Source: the human T2T-CHM13v2.0 reference genome, Homo sapiens
Strand: one strand, 5' to 3'
DNA: 64,000 nucleotides
Assembly: GCF_009914755.1 (NCBI RefSeq)
Contig: NC_060925.1
Positions 1 through 11,019 of the stretch are shown here, piece after piece (position 1 is the first letter of the stretch; each line of letters starts with the position of its first letter). The notes beneath the pieces were generated by a model, which worked only from the letters and a program-made list of their open reading frames with translations, did not search any database and had not been told where the DNA came from. The position numbers were made by a program, and so were the translations under genes.

Positions 1-1000
1 TCAGAATTTATGGAATTTTTTCTGGTAATTTCTATTTTTTGTCTATTCTCATTTTTTATTAATCATTTTCCTGATTTTATTTAGTTGTCTCTACCTATTT
101 TCCTTTAACTCATTTATCATATTTAAGAGTGCTGTTTTAGTCTTTGACAAGAAAGTCTGAGGGCTGTGTTTCTTTAGAGAAAGTTTGTGGAGATTCATTT
201 TTTTCTTTAAAATTGACCATGTTTACCTGTTTCTTTGTATACCTTTTGTTGAAAACTGGACATTTGTAAAAACAGCCCCCTCTCAACCATTGTTAACTGG
301 CACCATATTCAGGGGAGGACTTTCACTCTTCAGCTAAGTATGAAATATAAACGTTCTCTGAGGCCTATATGGACGTGTGTCTTGCCTGGGCTTATGTGTG
401 TGCATTTTTTGTAATTCTCTCATATACACACTGCTTTTAATCTGTAATTTCCCTAAGAGCCACACCTGCCTCTTTTCATGACCTTAGATGTTCTACTGTA
501 TTCCTCTATCCATAATCTCTTGCCTTCTGGCACCCAGGGAGTAGCAGATCCCATGAAGCTCTCACAAGCTGGAGCACCCACCACTACTTTTTGCAGCCTC
601 AAATCTGACATTTAAACTATGCCACCATTTCCATCAATGCTCCAAGTCATGTGAAGCAGTTACTAGTCCCTCAAGGAACCTACAGAGAAGCTATAATGTT
701 GCAAAGCAGTTCCACACTTTTCCTTCTATTCCAAAGGAAGAATGAGGAATTAGGAAGTTTCCTCCTGATCACGTCACACCATTCAAGGGAGAAAGTTAAA
801 CAGGGACAAAGAAAAACACCTAGAAGTTTTCCACTATTTTGAATGTGGCTTAATCTTGGTTTGGAATTTCCTTTGTTGCAACCAATTCTTAACAGCTGAA
901 AACATTAGTTTGGTTCATAAATTGTTCTTTATTTGGTGTTTCCATGGTATAATGAAAGTCTGGAACGTCCTTGTCTGCAATCTTGCTAATGTCACTCTCA
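1..1000 (-). mobile_element. Old L1M 5'/ORF1 fragment, antisense
   Basis: T-rich degenerate sequence typical of reverse-strand L1M; boundaries approximate. Confidence 0.4.
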
Positions 1001-1325
1001 GTGAGAAGAGAACAATTTTTTAAACCATAACATTCAAATAACATTTTGACCAGATACAAAATTTTAGTTTGAAAAATATTTTTGCTTGAAAACTGATTCA
1101 CAGCACTTCACCTGAAACCCCTGGGACAACTCTGATTTTTAATTCATTTTTTTAGGGGGGGATTTTAGAAAGACTACTTAATGCATACATTGTATGTAGG
1201 CACTGCAAGTGTCCCAGTAGAGGTAATATCAACATCCTAATATCAAATGCATTAAGAGTTCTTCAACAAATCATGCCACTATTCACATTAAAGTGAGATG
1301 AATAAGGAAGATTAAAAATAGCCAC

Positions 1326-1610
1326 TGTATTAGTTCCTTCTCACGCTGCTATGAAGAAATACCTGAGACTGGGTAATTTATAAAGAAAAGAGATTTGATT
1401 TACTCACAGTTCCGCACGGCTGGGGAGTCCTAAGGAAACTTACAATCATGATGGAAGGCACCTCTTCACAGGGTGGCAGGAGAGAGAATGAGTGCTAGCA
1501 GGGGAAATGCCTGATGTTTATAAAACCATAGATCTCATGAGAACTTGCTCACTATCACAAGATGATATTTCAAGATGAGATTTGGGTTGGGACATAGCCA
1601 AACCATATCA
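1326..1610 (-). mobile_element. THE1 (ERVL-MaLR) solo LTR, internally deleted
   Basis: TGTATTAG...AAACCATATCA termini; 5-bp TSD GCCAC (1321-1325, 1611-1615). Confidence 0.9.
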
Positions 1611-3222
1611 GCCACGTATTACTTCACATTATATCTCTAATTTGCAAGATGATTTTGCTACCACACTTCCCTGCTAACTCTCATCCCTTCCCAAGCCCCC
1701 AAACCGCACAAATCTTTTCATCCTTCAGTATCTTCTTAGGTTTTAAAATTGCAGACATATAATTATGGATCAGTACTATGTAAAAATTACTTTCTTAACC
1801 TGCTGCAGACTGTTCAATCAGATTATTTAATCTTTGTAGGTGTTCTACTCAGTATTTCTGGAAGATTTTATCATTTTGCTTTTAATATTCTTTGGCTTTA
1901 CTATATGTGCCCATGTGTGAAATTTCTCTTTATCTGATAGGTTTAAACACAGGAACACTCATGTTCTCCCAAAAGAGAACAATTTACAGCCCTAAGAATT
2001 TGGACACTCTAATTATATAAAAGTTGCACAAACACATGGTCACCAACCTAAAGGAATACCTATAAATTTAAACAGAAAATTGGAATATACGTTAGGAACT
2101 GAATGCCCTTAGGTAGTACACAAGGGGTTAAAGAGGCACACATAAGTGAGAGTGGGACCACAACAGCTCGCAGAAGATAAAGCCTCAATTAAGCATTAAA
2201 AACTCTAAGGAAGTATTCAGAGGAAGAAAACTGGGAATGCTTTCCCAGATAGCAGGAAGGGAATTAGCAGTAAGAAGACCTGAAAAAGAAAGACATATTG
2301 TGTATTTCTAGAGCATAAGGTATAAGAAATTCAAAAGTAACAGACACACACAAAAAGAAAGATACAGTTTATGCAAGGCCTTTCAAGTCATGCTGAGTAG
2401 AAATCTATACTAATAAAAATCAAAACTCATTGAAGGATTTCAGGAAAAATAGAGTCATGTCTTTATCCATAAAGAAACCTACTTGGTTGTCTGACAGAAA
2501 CCTTTTAGTAAAAGTAAGACTAGTTGGAGGTAAATAATTGACTGTAAAAAACAAATGTGCAAAAAATAAATGCTGCAATTCCACACTAGAGAGCAGATAG
2601 GAGGATGGCAAAATGACAATTTTATAGATGCATAGGACACAGAGAACAAGTTCTAAGCCCCAGGGAGAAAAAGTGCTAACGAGAGCTGATTAGGGAGAGC
2701 CAAGAAGGACTAGAGTCCATTCCACAACTCAGAACTGTAGTGCTGTGGCAGAAGGTTATTCACATAAGGTGAGTGGCTGCAGCCCATTTATACTTAGGCC
2801 ACTTTGGTCATAGTGGATAAGGGAAGAATCAGGAACCAAGAGGTAGGCATTGAGGGATAGGCTCAGGCCCCAATAAAATATCAGAAGAGGAACCAGGGAC
2901 TTTGACACCACAAAACCCATACTATAAATACTGCAACAATTACCTGTTTCCAAACATCATTTCACCACATACACCTCTGTCCCAACTTATCAACATTAAA
3001 AGGGAAGAACTTCACTGAACCTCCTAATAAAGCAAGTCTTGATCCATTGTTCACAGTGACATATCTGGTAACTTAGTCCCTTTTTCTTATACGCATCCAA
3101 GGACAACATTTTGGCCTGGGACACTCACTCACAAAAGCATATCTCATTTTTTAAAATTGTCTGCATAAATGTGTAATGTTGTGTGTCATTTTTACTTTAT
3201 AGGCCAAGCTATAACATCAGAA

Positions 3223-3487
3223 ATGGTGAATGAATACAAGAAAATTCTTTTGCTGAAAGGATTTGAGCTCATGGATGATTATCATTTTACATCAATTAAG
3301 TCCTTACTGGCCTATGATTTAGGACTAACTACAAAAATGCAAGAGGAATACAACAGAATTAAGATTACAGATTTGATGGAAAAAAAGTTCCAAGGCGTTG
3401 CCTGTCTAGACAAACTAATAGAACTTGCCAAAGATATGCCATCACTTAAAAACCTTGTTAACAATCTTCGAAAAGAGAAGTCAAAAG
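3223..3487 (+). CDS. MNDA: MNDA first coding exon (exon 2): pyrin (PYD/DAPIN) domain
   Basis: Acceptor AG 3201-3202, ATG 3223, translation MVNEYKKILLLKGFELMDDYHF...LRKEKSK, donor GT 3488-3489 (phase 1). Matches the known MNDA N-terminus. Confidence 0.98.
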
Positions 3488-4347
3488 GTAATAGAGAAAA
3501 CCTTGCACATAGCTACTCTGCCTTGAGTCTCCCCAGTCTTCAGTAGAACCCCACCTTGGTCATAGCTGGTACATCCCTTTTCCAATTTATAACTCAGCAG
3601 TCATGGGGATGTTGGCACCTCAGAGACTGACCAGTTGGCAATTTAGAACATTCTGTTTCATATGAAAGAGATTGATATATTTAGAAGAATGTATTTGAGG
3701 TAAGGATAAAAAACCAAAGACAGGGATTTATGAGACGGTGAGTGTTTCAGTAAATCAAAAATGTCAGAAAATGAAAAAAAAAGCTACTTTAAAAAATGTG
3801 TTTTATTTGAAATATTTATATTTAACCAATTTATGCAGCAATAGTTCTATTAAGAGACGTGTAGAATTTTTCCACTTAATAAATCACTGTTCTTTTTTTA
3901 ATTCAAAAGCCAATATTAGCACTTTGCCACATTACAATTCAGATCATATTTCCTTTCAGGTCATATTTCTGTCATTTGAACAGATATTGCACAGAACATG
4001 ACCAGCCTGTCAGCATCATGAAAGCCTTAGATATTTAAAAGAAATGGTAGGAGAACAAGACTGAGAAAGGGTTGATTGAGGCACATGGAGTTCACAGGAA
4101 AGGAAGCATGTTCTCACTGCAAAGGGGAGGAGTGAGTAAAGCACTGAGGAGAATGAGACAGTGCCTATGCCTACCATGCTGCTGTTGGCCTCCTAGGAGC
4201 CAGGCTGGGTTAATGCAGTAGAGGTAACAGGCAAATCCGAACTCTCATGCAGGAGCTGACAGCAGGTAATATTGAAACTGCCTCAGCTGTCTTAGATAAG
4301 CTATTCCACTCTAGGCCTATTGTGCCCTTTTTCTTTTCTTTTGTCAG

Positions 4348-4484
4348 TTGCTAAGAAAATTAAAACACAAGAAAAAGCTCCAGTGAAAAAAATAAACCAG
4401 GAAGAAGTGGGTCTTGCGGCACCTGCACCCACCGCAAGAAACAAACTGACATCGGAAGCAAGAGGGAGGATTCCTGTAGCTCAG
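4348..4484 (+). CDS. MNDA: MNDA exon 3 (basic linker)
   Basis: Polypyrimidine tract plus AG 4346-4347; (V)AKKIKTQEKAPVKK...RIPVAQ; donor GTAAG at 4485. 137 nt restores phase 0. Confidence 0.97.
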
Positions 4485-5023
4485 GTAAGCTTGAGAAAGA
4501 GGAGCAGGACTGAAGCCTCACAGAAGATACTCTGCTATGGCACGTGGCTCTTTACTAATATCTCAACACAGCTTAGATTTACCAAATTAGTAATTATGGA
4601 TCTTCTTTGTGATGAGTAAAGAGTTAGGTATCGTAAAAATGTAATAAAAAATTTCTGTGACATAAATATATTATCATCTCCATTATAAAAATGGGGTAAT
4701 AATCATATTGGATATACATCTTGCCCATCCTTACACAAATCTAGATTTTCTCATTCCAAGTCCAGTGCTCTTCTCATCACACCACAGTGGTGATAACAGT
4801 AATGCATCTGTTGAAATCATCCATCTCCTTTTTAGTGCAACAATCTATGCCCAATATTATCTATTGTCCATATCTTCAAGTGACAGATTGTAATTCCCTG
4901 GGGTTTCCAAGGACATCCCATCCAACATAAATAGAACTTACTATGTTGTAATGAAAAAATGAAAACTTGCTCTGCTTCTTTTGATACTAAACTCCATTAA
5001 CAGGAAAATTAAACTACTTTCAG

Positions 5024-5191
5024 AAAAGAAAAACTCCAAACAAAGAAAAGACTGAAGCCAAAAGGAATAAGGTGTCCCAAGAGCAGAGTAAGCCCCCAGG
5101 TCCCTCAGGAGCCAGCACATCTGCAGCTGTGGATCATCCCCCACTACCCCAGACCTCATCATCAACTCCATCCAACACTTCGTTTACTCCG
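5024..5191 (+). CDS. MNDA: MNDA exon 4 (NLS-like KRK...KRNK and S/T/P-rich linker)
   Basis: AG 5022-5023; KRKTPNKEKTEAKRNKVSQEQ...SNTSFTP; GT 5192-5193; 168 nt in frame. Confidence 0.96.
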
Positions 5192-6259
5192 GTACACTCT
5201 TCCTGGTCCTCTTCTCCATTTTTTTTTAACCCAGTCACAGTGCATTCCACTGTTACTATTGTTACTCTCATGCATAACTCTTCATATTACTGATTTGCTG
5301 TGGGAAAACTGTTTTCCATATTATGATAACTTGTTTACATTGGTGAGAAGCCACATGCAAGTAAAGTCCAATTACCTACAGGTAATCACTGTGTGTAAAA
5401 CACCAGGACAGACCACTAAGCATTTCTGGTCTGTGCAGGTAAGTAGCCTGGCTCCTAGTACCAGTACATACAAGCCCATGGCTCATCTTTGCTCCCCACA
5501 CTTCCTATTACAGATCTGCCAACGTTCTCTTCAGAAAAGTATTCTGCTGCAACTCAAATAGGCCAGGACACTGTGGAGAGAGGACATACGAGATAAACAA
5601 ACTTGTCCTTTTTCCATTGTTGTTAGCATTTTAGCCACTGTGAAATGCTGTGTATACACAGTCGAGGACATAGCTCTAACCAGAAATCCTCTACCTGAGA
5701 CTACTTACATGCTAGCCAGGCCAAGTCTTTCCACTTGTAAAAGCACTGTTTCTTGGGAAGAAACAAACGAGTTTGGCCCTCAAAATGGCAGAGTACACTA
5801 GTGATCATTAGAATTTCTAATGAATGTTTGATCATTAGAACATCTAATGATGTTTGAGGCTTCTGGTGGGCATGGTTCTTCATTTTTAATGCTGTCCAAG
5901 TTGTTTTCACTTTGTTGATTGTCTTTGATAATTTCAGTAGGTAGAGGAGATATTTGGATTTGTTATTATATTCTAATCTTTCTTTAAAGTTTCTTCACAA
6001 CAATGTTTTCATCATCTGCTACTCTAGATTGTTCATGCAGAAGATCATGCTTTGCTTCAGGAAGATTATTCTGAGTCAATGAGGGTGATTTAATTTCCAA
6101 GCCTGTTGTCTGTTACCTTAGGCTTTCAGTAGCTAAACTTTACCAGCTCATGTGCCTTTCCTTTCTGTTCAGTAATCCCTGTCTAGCCTAGCCCCCAGCT
6201 CCAAATATCTGTGAAAGTTGTTGGGTCGAAAGCTCTGCAGAGTCACTCGTGCAGAGTGA

Positions 6260-6608
<349 letters not shown>

Positions 6609-6655
6609 TCCTGCTCAAAGTTTTAAGTTTATTTTCTTGTGTCTGCCCAACACAG

Positions 6656-7072
6656 AATCAGGAAACCCAGGCCCAACGGCAGGTGGATGCAAGAAGAAAT
6701 GTTCCCCAAAACGACCCAGTGACAGTGGTGGTACTGAAAGCAACAGCGCCATTTAAATACGAGTCCCCAGAAAATGGGAAAAGCACAATGTTTCATGCTA
6801 CAGTGGCCAGTAAGACTCAATATTTCCATGTGAAAGTCTTCGACATCAACTTGAAAGAGAAATTTGTAAGGAAGAAGGTCATTACCATATCTGATTACTC
6901 TGAATGTAAAGGAGTAATGGAAATAAAGGAAGCATCATCTGTGTCTGACTTTAATCAAAATTTTGAGGTCCCAAACAGAATTATCGAAATAGCAAATAAA
7001 ACTCCCAAGATCAGTCAACTTTACAAGCAAGCATCTGGAACAATGGTGTATGGGTTGTTTATGTTACAAAAG
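6656..7072 (+). CDS. MNDA: MNDA exon 5: HIN-200 domain, N-terminal part (MFHATVA motif)
   Basis: AG 6654-6655; [14 protein letters not shown]...[18 protein letters not shown]...GLFMLQK; GT 7073-7074; 417 nt. Confidence 0.98.
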
Positions 7073-8110
7073 GTAAACCCTTAATTTTGTTTTAATTTTC
7101 TCTACCATTACCTGGAAATAAATGTCTTAATTTGCCAGACTTACTGTCTGAATATTGGAACACAAGAATTTATATTGACTAGAGATAGTGATGAAGTTGT
7201 CCCACAAAATAGGAAATAGGACTAAGTGACCTATTAACTTTCTTACGCCAAAATAAATGTAGGGACTTTGAAAAAAAGTTAGTAAGAAATATTGGCAGTA
7301 ATGATCTGTTGTCAGCCACAATGAACTAGGACAATACAGGGTCCAAATCAACGGGAGCAAGCTAATAACATCATCTCTTTCAGCTCCATCCCAATGAGCA
7401 CTGATAATTTTACTGTGAGTTTTGATAAATTTATTTTAAGTAATGAATTGTGCTACCAAGGTTGAATTCTGGTTGTGACATAATTTTGGAGTAATAAGTG
7501 GATTGGCTGGTATGCTCATAAATGCAAATACATTCAACAGCTATCCATACAATCTAAACATTTGTGCTTAGATCAGTTGCCCTTCTATCTTATTTATTTA
7601 TTCATTTATTTATGAAGATAGCATTGAACAACTGAGAAATATTGAATTCCATGATACTTAAAGGATAAGGCAATCTCTTCATACTATTTACAAAAAAAAA
7701 ATAATTCCAAGGCACAGAGTTTTATTGATATGTCCATGTCCAAATTCAAGATGCTAGTTAGGATAATGCATTCCATCCCTTTCTCCACTCTAAAACATTA
7801 CACATTTCTATGAACTCAACTAACATTTTATATGATTGACTGCTTTATAACCCTACATACATGTCTTTCAATATAGCCCCTTAAATTTACCTCCACATTT
7901 TCTCACACTCTCTTTAAGAGATCTTGCTTATAAATGCAATTACAGAATTGATGAGTAATAGCTTAAGTGTGTGAAACACTACAGAGTATGAATGGAGGGA
8001 GTTAGGTCAATGGGGACAAGATATTGGAAAAGAATAAGTAATGAGGAAGGCTGAGAAAGAATGAATGATTGTGTTATAGAAGATTTTTCCTTTAAAATTT
8101 CTCATAATCT

Positions 8111-8407
8111 GAAGTAACTCAGGAGTGGAAAACCAAATATTGTATGTTCTCACTTGTAAGGAGGAGCTAAGCTATGAGTACACAAAGGCATACAGAGTGA
8201 TCTAATAAACTTTCAAGACTCAGAAGCGGGAGGCTGGGAGGGAGGTGAGGGATACAAAACTATATATTGGGTACAATGTACACTACTTGGGTAATGGCTG
8301 CCCTAAAATCTCAGAATTCACCGCCATATAATTAATCCATGTAACCCAAAACCATTTGTACCCCAAAAGCTATTGAAATTTTTAAAAATTAAAATAATAA
8401 TAAAGTG
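8111..8407 (+). mobile_element. 5'-truncated L1 3' end (L1PB-like) in MNDA intron 5
   Basis: L1 3'UTR motifs (ATGTTCTCACTT...GGGTACAATGTACACTA...CCCCAAAAGCTATTGAAA), A-rich tail, TSD approximately AAATT(T/C)CTCATAATCT. Confidence 0.85.
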
Positions 8408-8796
8408 AAATTCCTCATAATCTACTGAATGAATAATTGTAGAAAGCATACATTTGTTTTTCCACAGGACCATGAGCCAAGAAGTTCTATAGGAATTTTT
8501 GATTCCTCTATATCTAGGTGCTTTATTTACTCTCAGCTGATCTGAAGGTGGTAGCAGGAGAAAAAGAGGGAAATATTTATTGTTGTATAATTGCAGAAAG
8601 AAAAATACCTTAAGCAGGAAAAAAAAATGCTGGATAATAAAAGATGGACCCTGTGAGATGGCAGGCCAAGCCACATGTATGATCTGTACCTGTCATTCCT
8701 GTCGTGCATATTGCATTAACTTTGTCATGAGACTCTTTCTCATCTATATGATACTAACAATCCTCTCAGAAACAGGATGTTAATCTTCTTTTGCAG

Positions 8797-8985
8797 AAAA
8801 GCGTACACAAGAAGAACACAATTTATGAAATACAGGATAATACAGGATCCATGGATGTAGTGGGGAGTGGAAAATGGCACAATATCAAGTGTGAGAAAGG
8901 AGATAAACTTCGACTCTTCTGCCTTCAACTGAGAACAGTTGACCGCAAGCTGAAACTGGTGTGTGGAAGTCACAGCTTCATCAAG
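8797..8985 (+). CDS. MNDA: MNDA exon 6: HIN-200 domain, C-terminal part
   Basis: AG 8795-8796; KSVHKKNTIYEIQDNTGSMDVVG...CEKGDKLRLFC...HSFIK; GT 8986-8987; 189 nt. Confidence 0.98.
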
Positions 8986-9229
8986 GTGGGAACTGGATAG
9001 AGGAGAATGAGTTTGCTAAAGAGGCAAATAATTTTGCTTAGGCTTTGGGAACACCAGGTTCCTCATGTATTACTCAGAGAGTCCAGCGAGTGGAAGGAGA
9101 ACCTAAACAATGCCCTTGCATTTGTAACTGGAAGATTTTCAGAAGGATATTAAGGTAAAGGCATTCATACAGCTCTAGAAAGGATACAATACTAGTGTTA
9201 ATTGATTTAAAGATGTGTCTAGCGGCAGG

Positions 9230-9430
9230 GAACATAGGGCTCAAGAGCAAGGGTTCTGAATAAGACAGATCTGATTTGAATCCTGGATTTAAGAAGCACT
9301 AGTTGGCTGATATTGGGGAAACAGTTTCATTGGTCCTCTAAAATAATGGAAGTCTCCACTTCATTGGGATGGTTTAAACATTCAGACAATGTATACATAT
9401 TAATTATCTCACAACCTGGCACATCATAAT
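9230..9430 (+). mobile_element. MIR SINE (paralogous copy at ~44845-45100)
   Basis: MIR core (GATTTGAATCCTG...TCTAAAATAATG...CCTGGCACAT). Confidence 0.6.
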
Positions 9431-9819
9431 AAACTGATCTGTGGTAGATAGTTTTATTTTTAGGAAGGTAAAAATTGGAGGGACTTTTAGGCAAAGGAAA
9501 TGATACATGAAAATTCCAAAAGTGTGACATAGCGTAATGAGTTCTGTACAACTGAAATTCAGTAGATGCAGAAGACTGTGGGACCCAAAGATTAAAAAAA
9601 AGGGACTACTGAGGCCCAAAGATGAAAAAGAAATAGAAGTGTGGCTTTTTCAAAAGTAAATTAATGGAAACTTTATTGTTGAAAATACATGAAAAATTGA
9701 AACAAAATTATGCAGAAGAATGCCTGATCACTTTGATATTTTAGCAAAAAATATTCCGGTGTCTATCTATGGAGTTGCATTACAGAGCAATTAGGCTTGG
9801 GGCAGAGATATCTATTAGA

Positions 9820-10017
9820 AGTTGTGTGCTGGATTCACTCATATCCTTACTGAAGAGAGCTTACTGTTGGAAATTCAGGAATTATATGCACTGCTTGCTA
9901 AACATGTGGTAGTTTGAAATCAGCCATGTGAAAATATGTATGCCACCAGACTCTGCAAATGTTACAAATCGAAACTTTTAAAAAAAAATGGGTAGTTGGT
10001 TAACCAGGATACCACAG
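9820..10017 (+). mobile_element. MER63A-like hAT DNA transposon (paralogous copy at ~45487-45674)
   Basis: GTGTGCTGG...TGGTAGTTTGAAATCAGCCATG...TACAAATC...ACCAGGATACCAC fits the recalled MER63A consensus. Confidence 0.65.
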
Positions 10018-10258
10018 AAGTTTATTTCAAAAATCCATTCAGGAAGGAAAAAGACAAACAGAGATTAGTTAATGGGGGGAAAATGAGTTTTTTGAAGGTA
10101 GATCTTCATAACTTTGTGACTAACGAGCTTTCATAGGGGATAAGGAGAATAATGTAGCCAATGGGAAGAAAAGATATGGCAGGTGAAAGGAGAACTATAA
10201 GCAGAGCTTCATTTCAATATCTAGGGTCTCATTATGTCTTTCTTATCTCTCTTTAAAG

Positions 10259-10306
10259 GTCATCAAGGCCAAGAAAAACAAGGAAGGACCAATGAATGTT
10301 AATTGA
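10259..10306 (+). CDS. MNDA: MNDA last coding exon
   Basis: AG 10257-10258; VIKAKKNKEGPMNVN then TGA 10304-10306. Exon sum 265+137+168+417+189+48 = 1224 nt = 407 aa plus stop. Confidence 0.97.
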   Translation, partial: VIKAKKNKEGPMNVN

Positions 10307-10472
10307 AATATGAAAGCTGAAATGCAACAAACAACTTCCGCTTAAAACAATTAAGTTGTTAATAACTGTGATTTTGTAAATTTCAGTAATTCATTTAAAT
10401 GATGTTTCAGTAGATATATTCTAGCATATTAAGAGCTTTTATAACTGAGTTATAGATTAGTTTGCTTTCTGG

Positions 10473-10553
10473 AATAAAATTTTCTTCTTATACTCTTCCT
10501 TTTTTTTAGATATTACATTTTGCTTTTATGACATTCACGAGGCAAAAAATAAA
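10473..10553 (+). terminator. MNDA: MNDA polyadenylation signals (two AATAAA)
   Basis: AATAAA at 10473-10478 and 10548-10553, each followed by T-rich sequence. The distal one has a counterpart in the paralog at 53622-53627. Confidence 0.75.
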
Positions 10554-11019
10554 ATATCTTTTTTTGAAGGACATTATTTTCCCAAAGTCTTGTCTACGTT
10601 CTGTTAAGATCAATAGTGAGCTGCTTGAGGCTGAGTACTTTGTGCATTGTGAAGCACATTCTAGAGATGGGGAGAGACACATGGGGCCTTATCCACATTG
10701 GAGTCTATATTGTGATCTTCAGAGGATAAGTCCGCAGTAAAGGCTGTGACTAAATTTATGTAGCCCATGCTTAAATGAACAAATACTGTGGCCTAGGGAA
10801 GTAGCAGATCTAGAGGAAAGGATTCCTTTATGCAACTGTGTCCTCCAGAAGGGGGCCGTTGGGGTAATTGGTTTCTCTGAAGGGGACAACAACGGTGATT
10901 TGCATAAAGGTACCAATATATGCAAGATGCTTTCCCCTCCTTATTTGGTGTGGATTATCATATCCATCATATTCCATTTTTCTGACTTGTAGATACATCT
11001 ACATATGTATTCAAAATCA

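Noticed and set aside
1-3200. MNDA promoter or exon 1
   Set aside because: No block homologous to the first-exon-like sequences at 24 kb and 63 kb occurs here. This is intron 1, and exon 1 lies upstream of the window.
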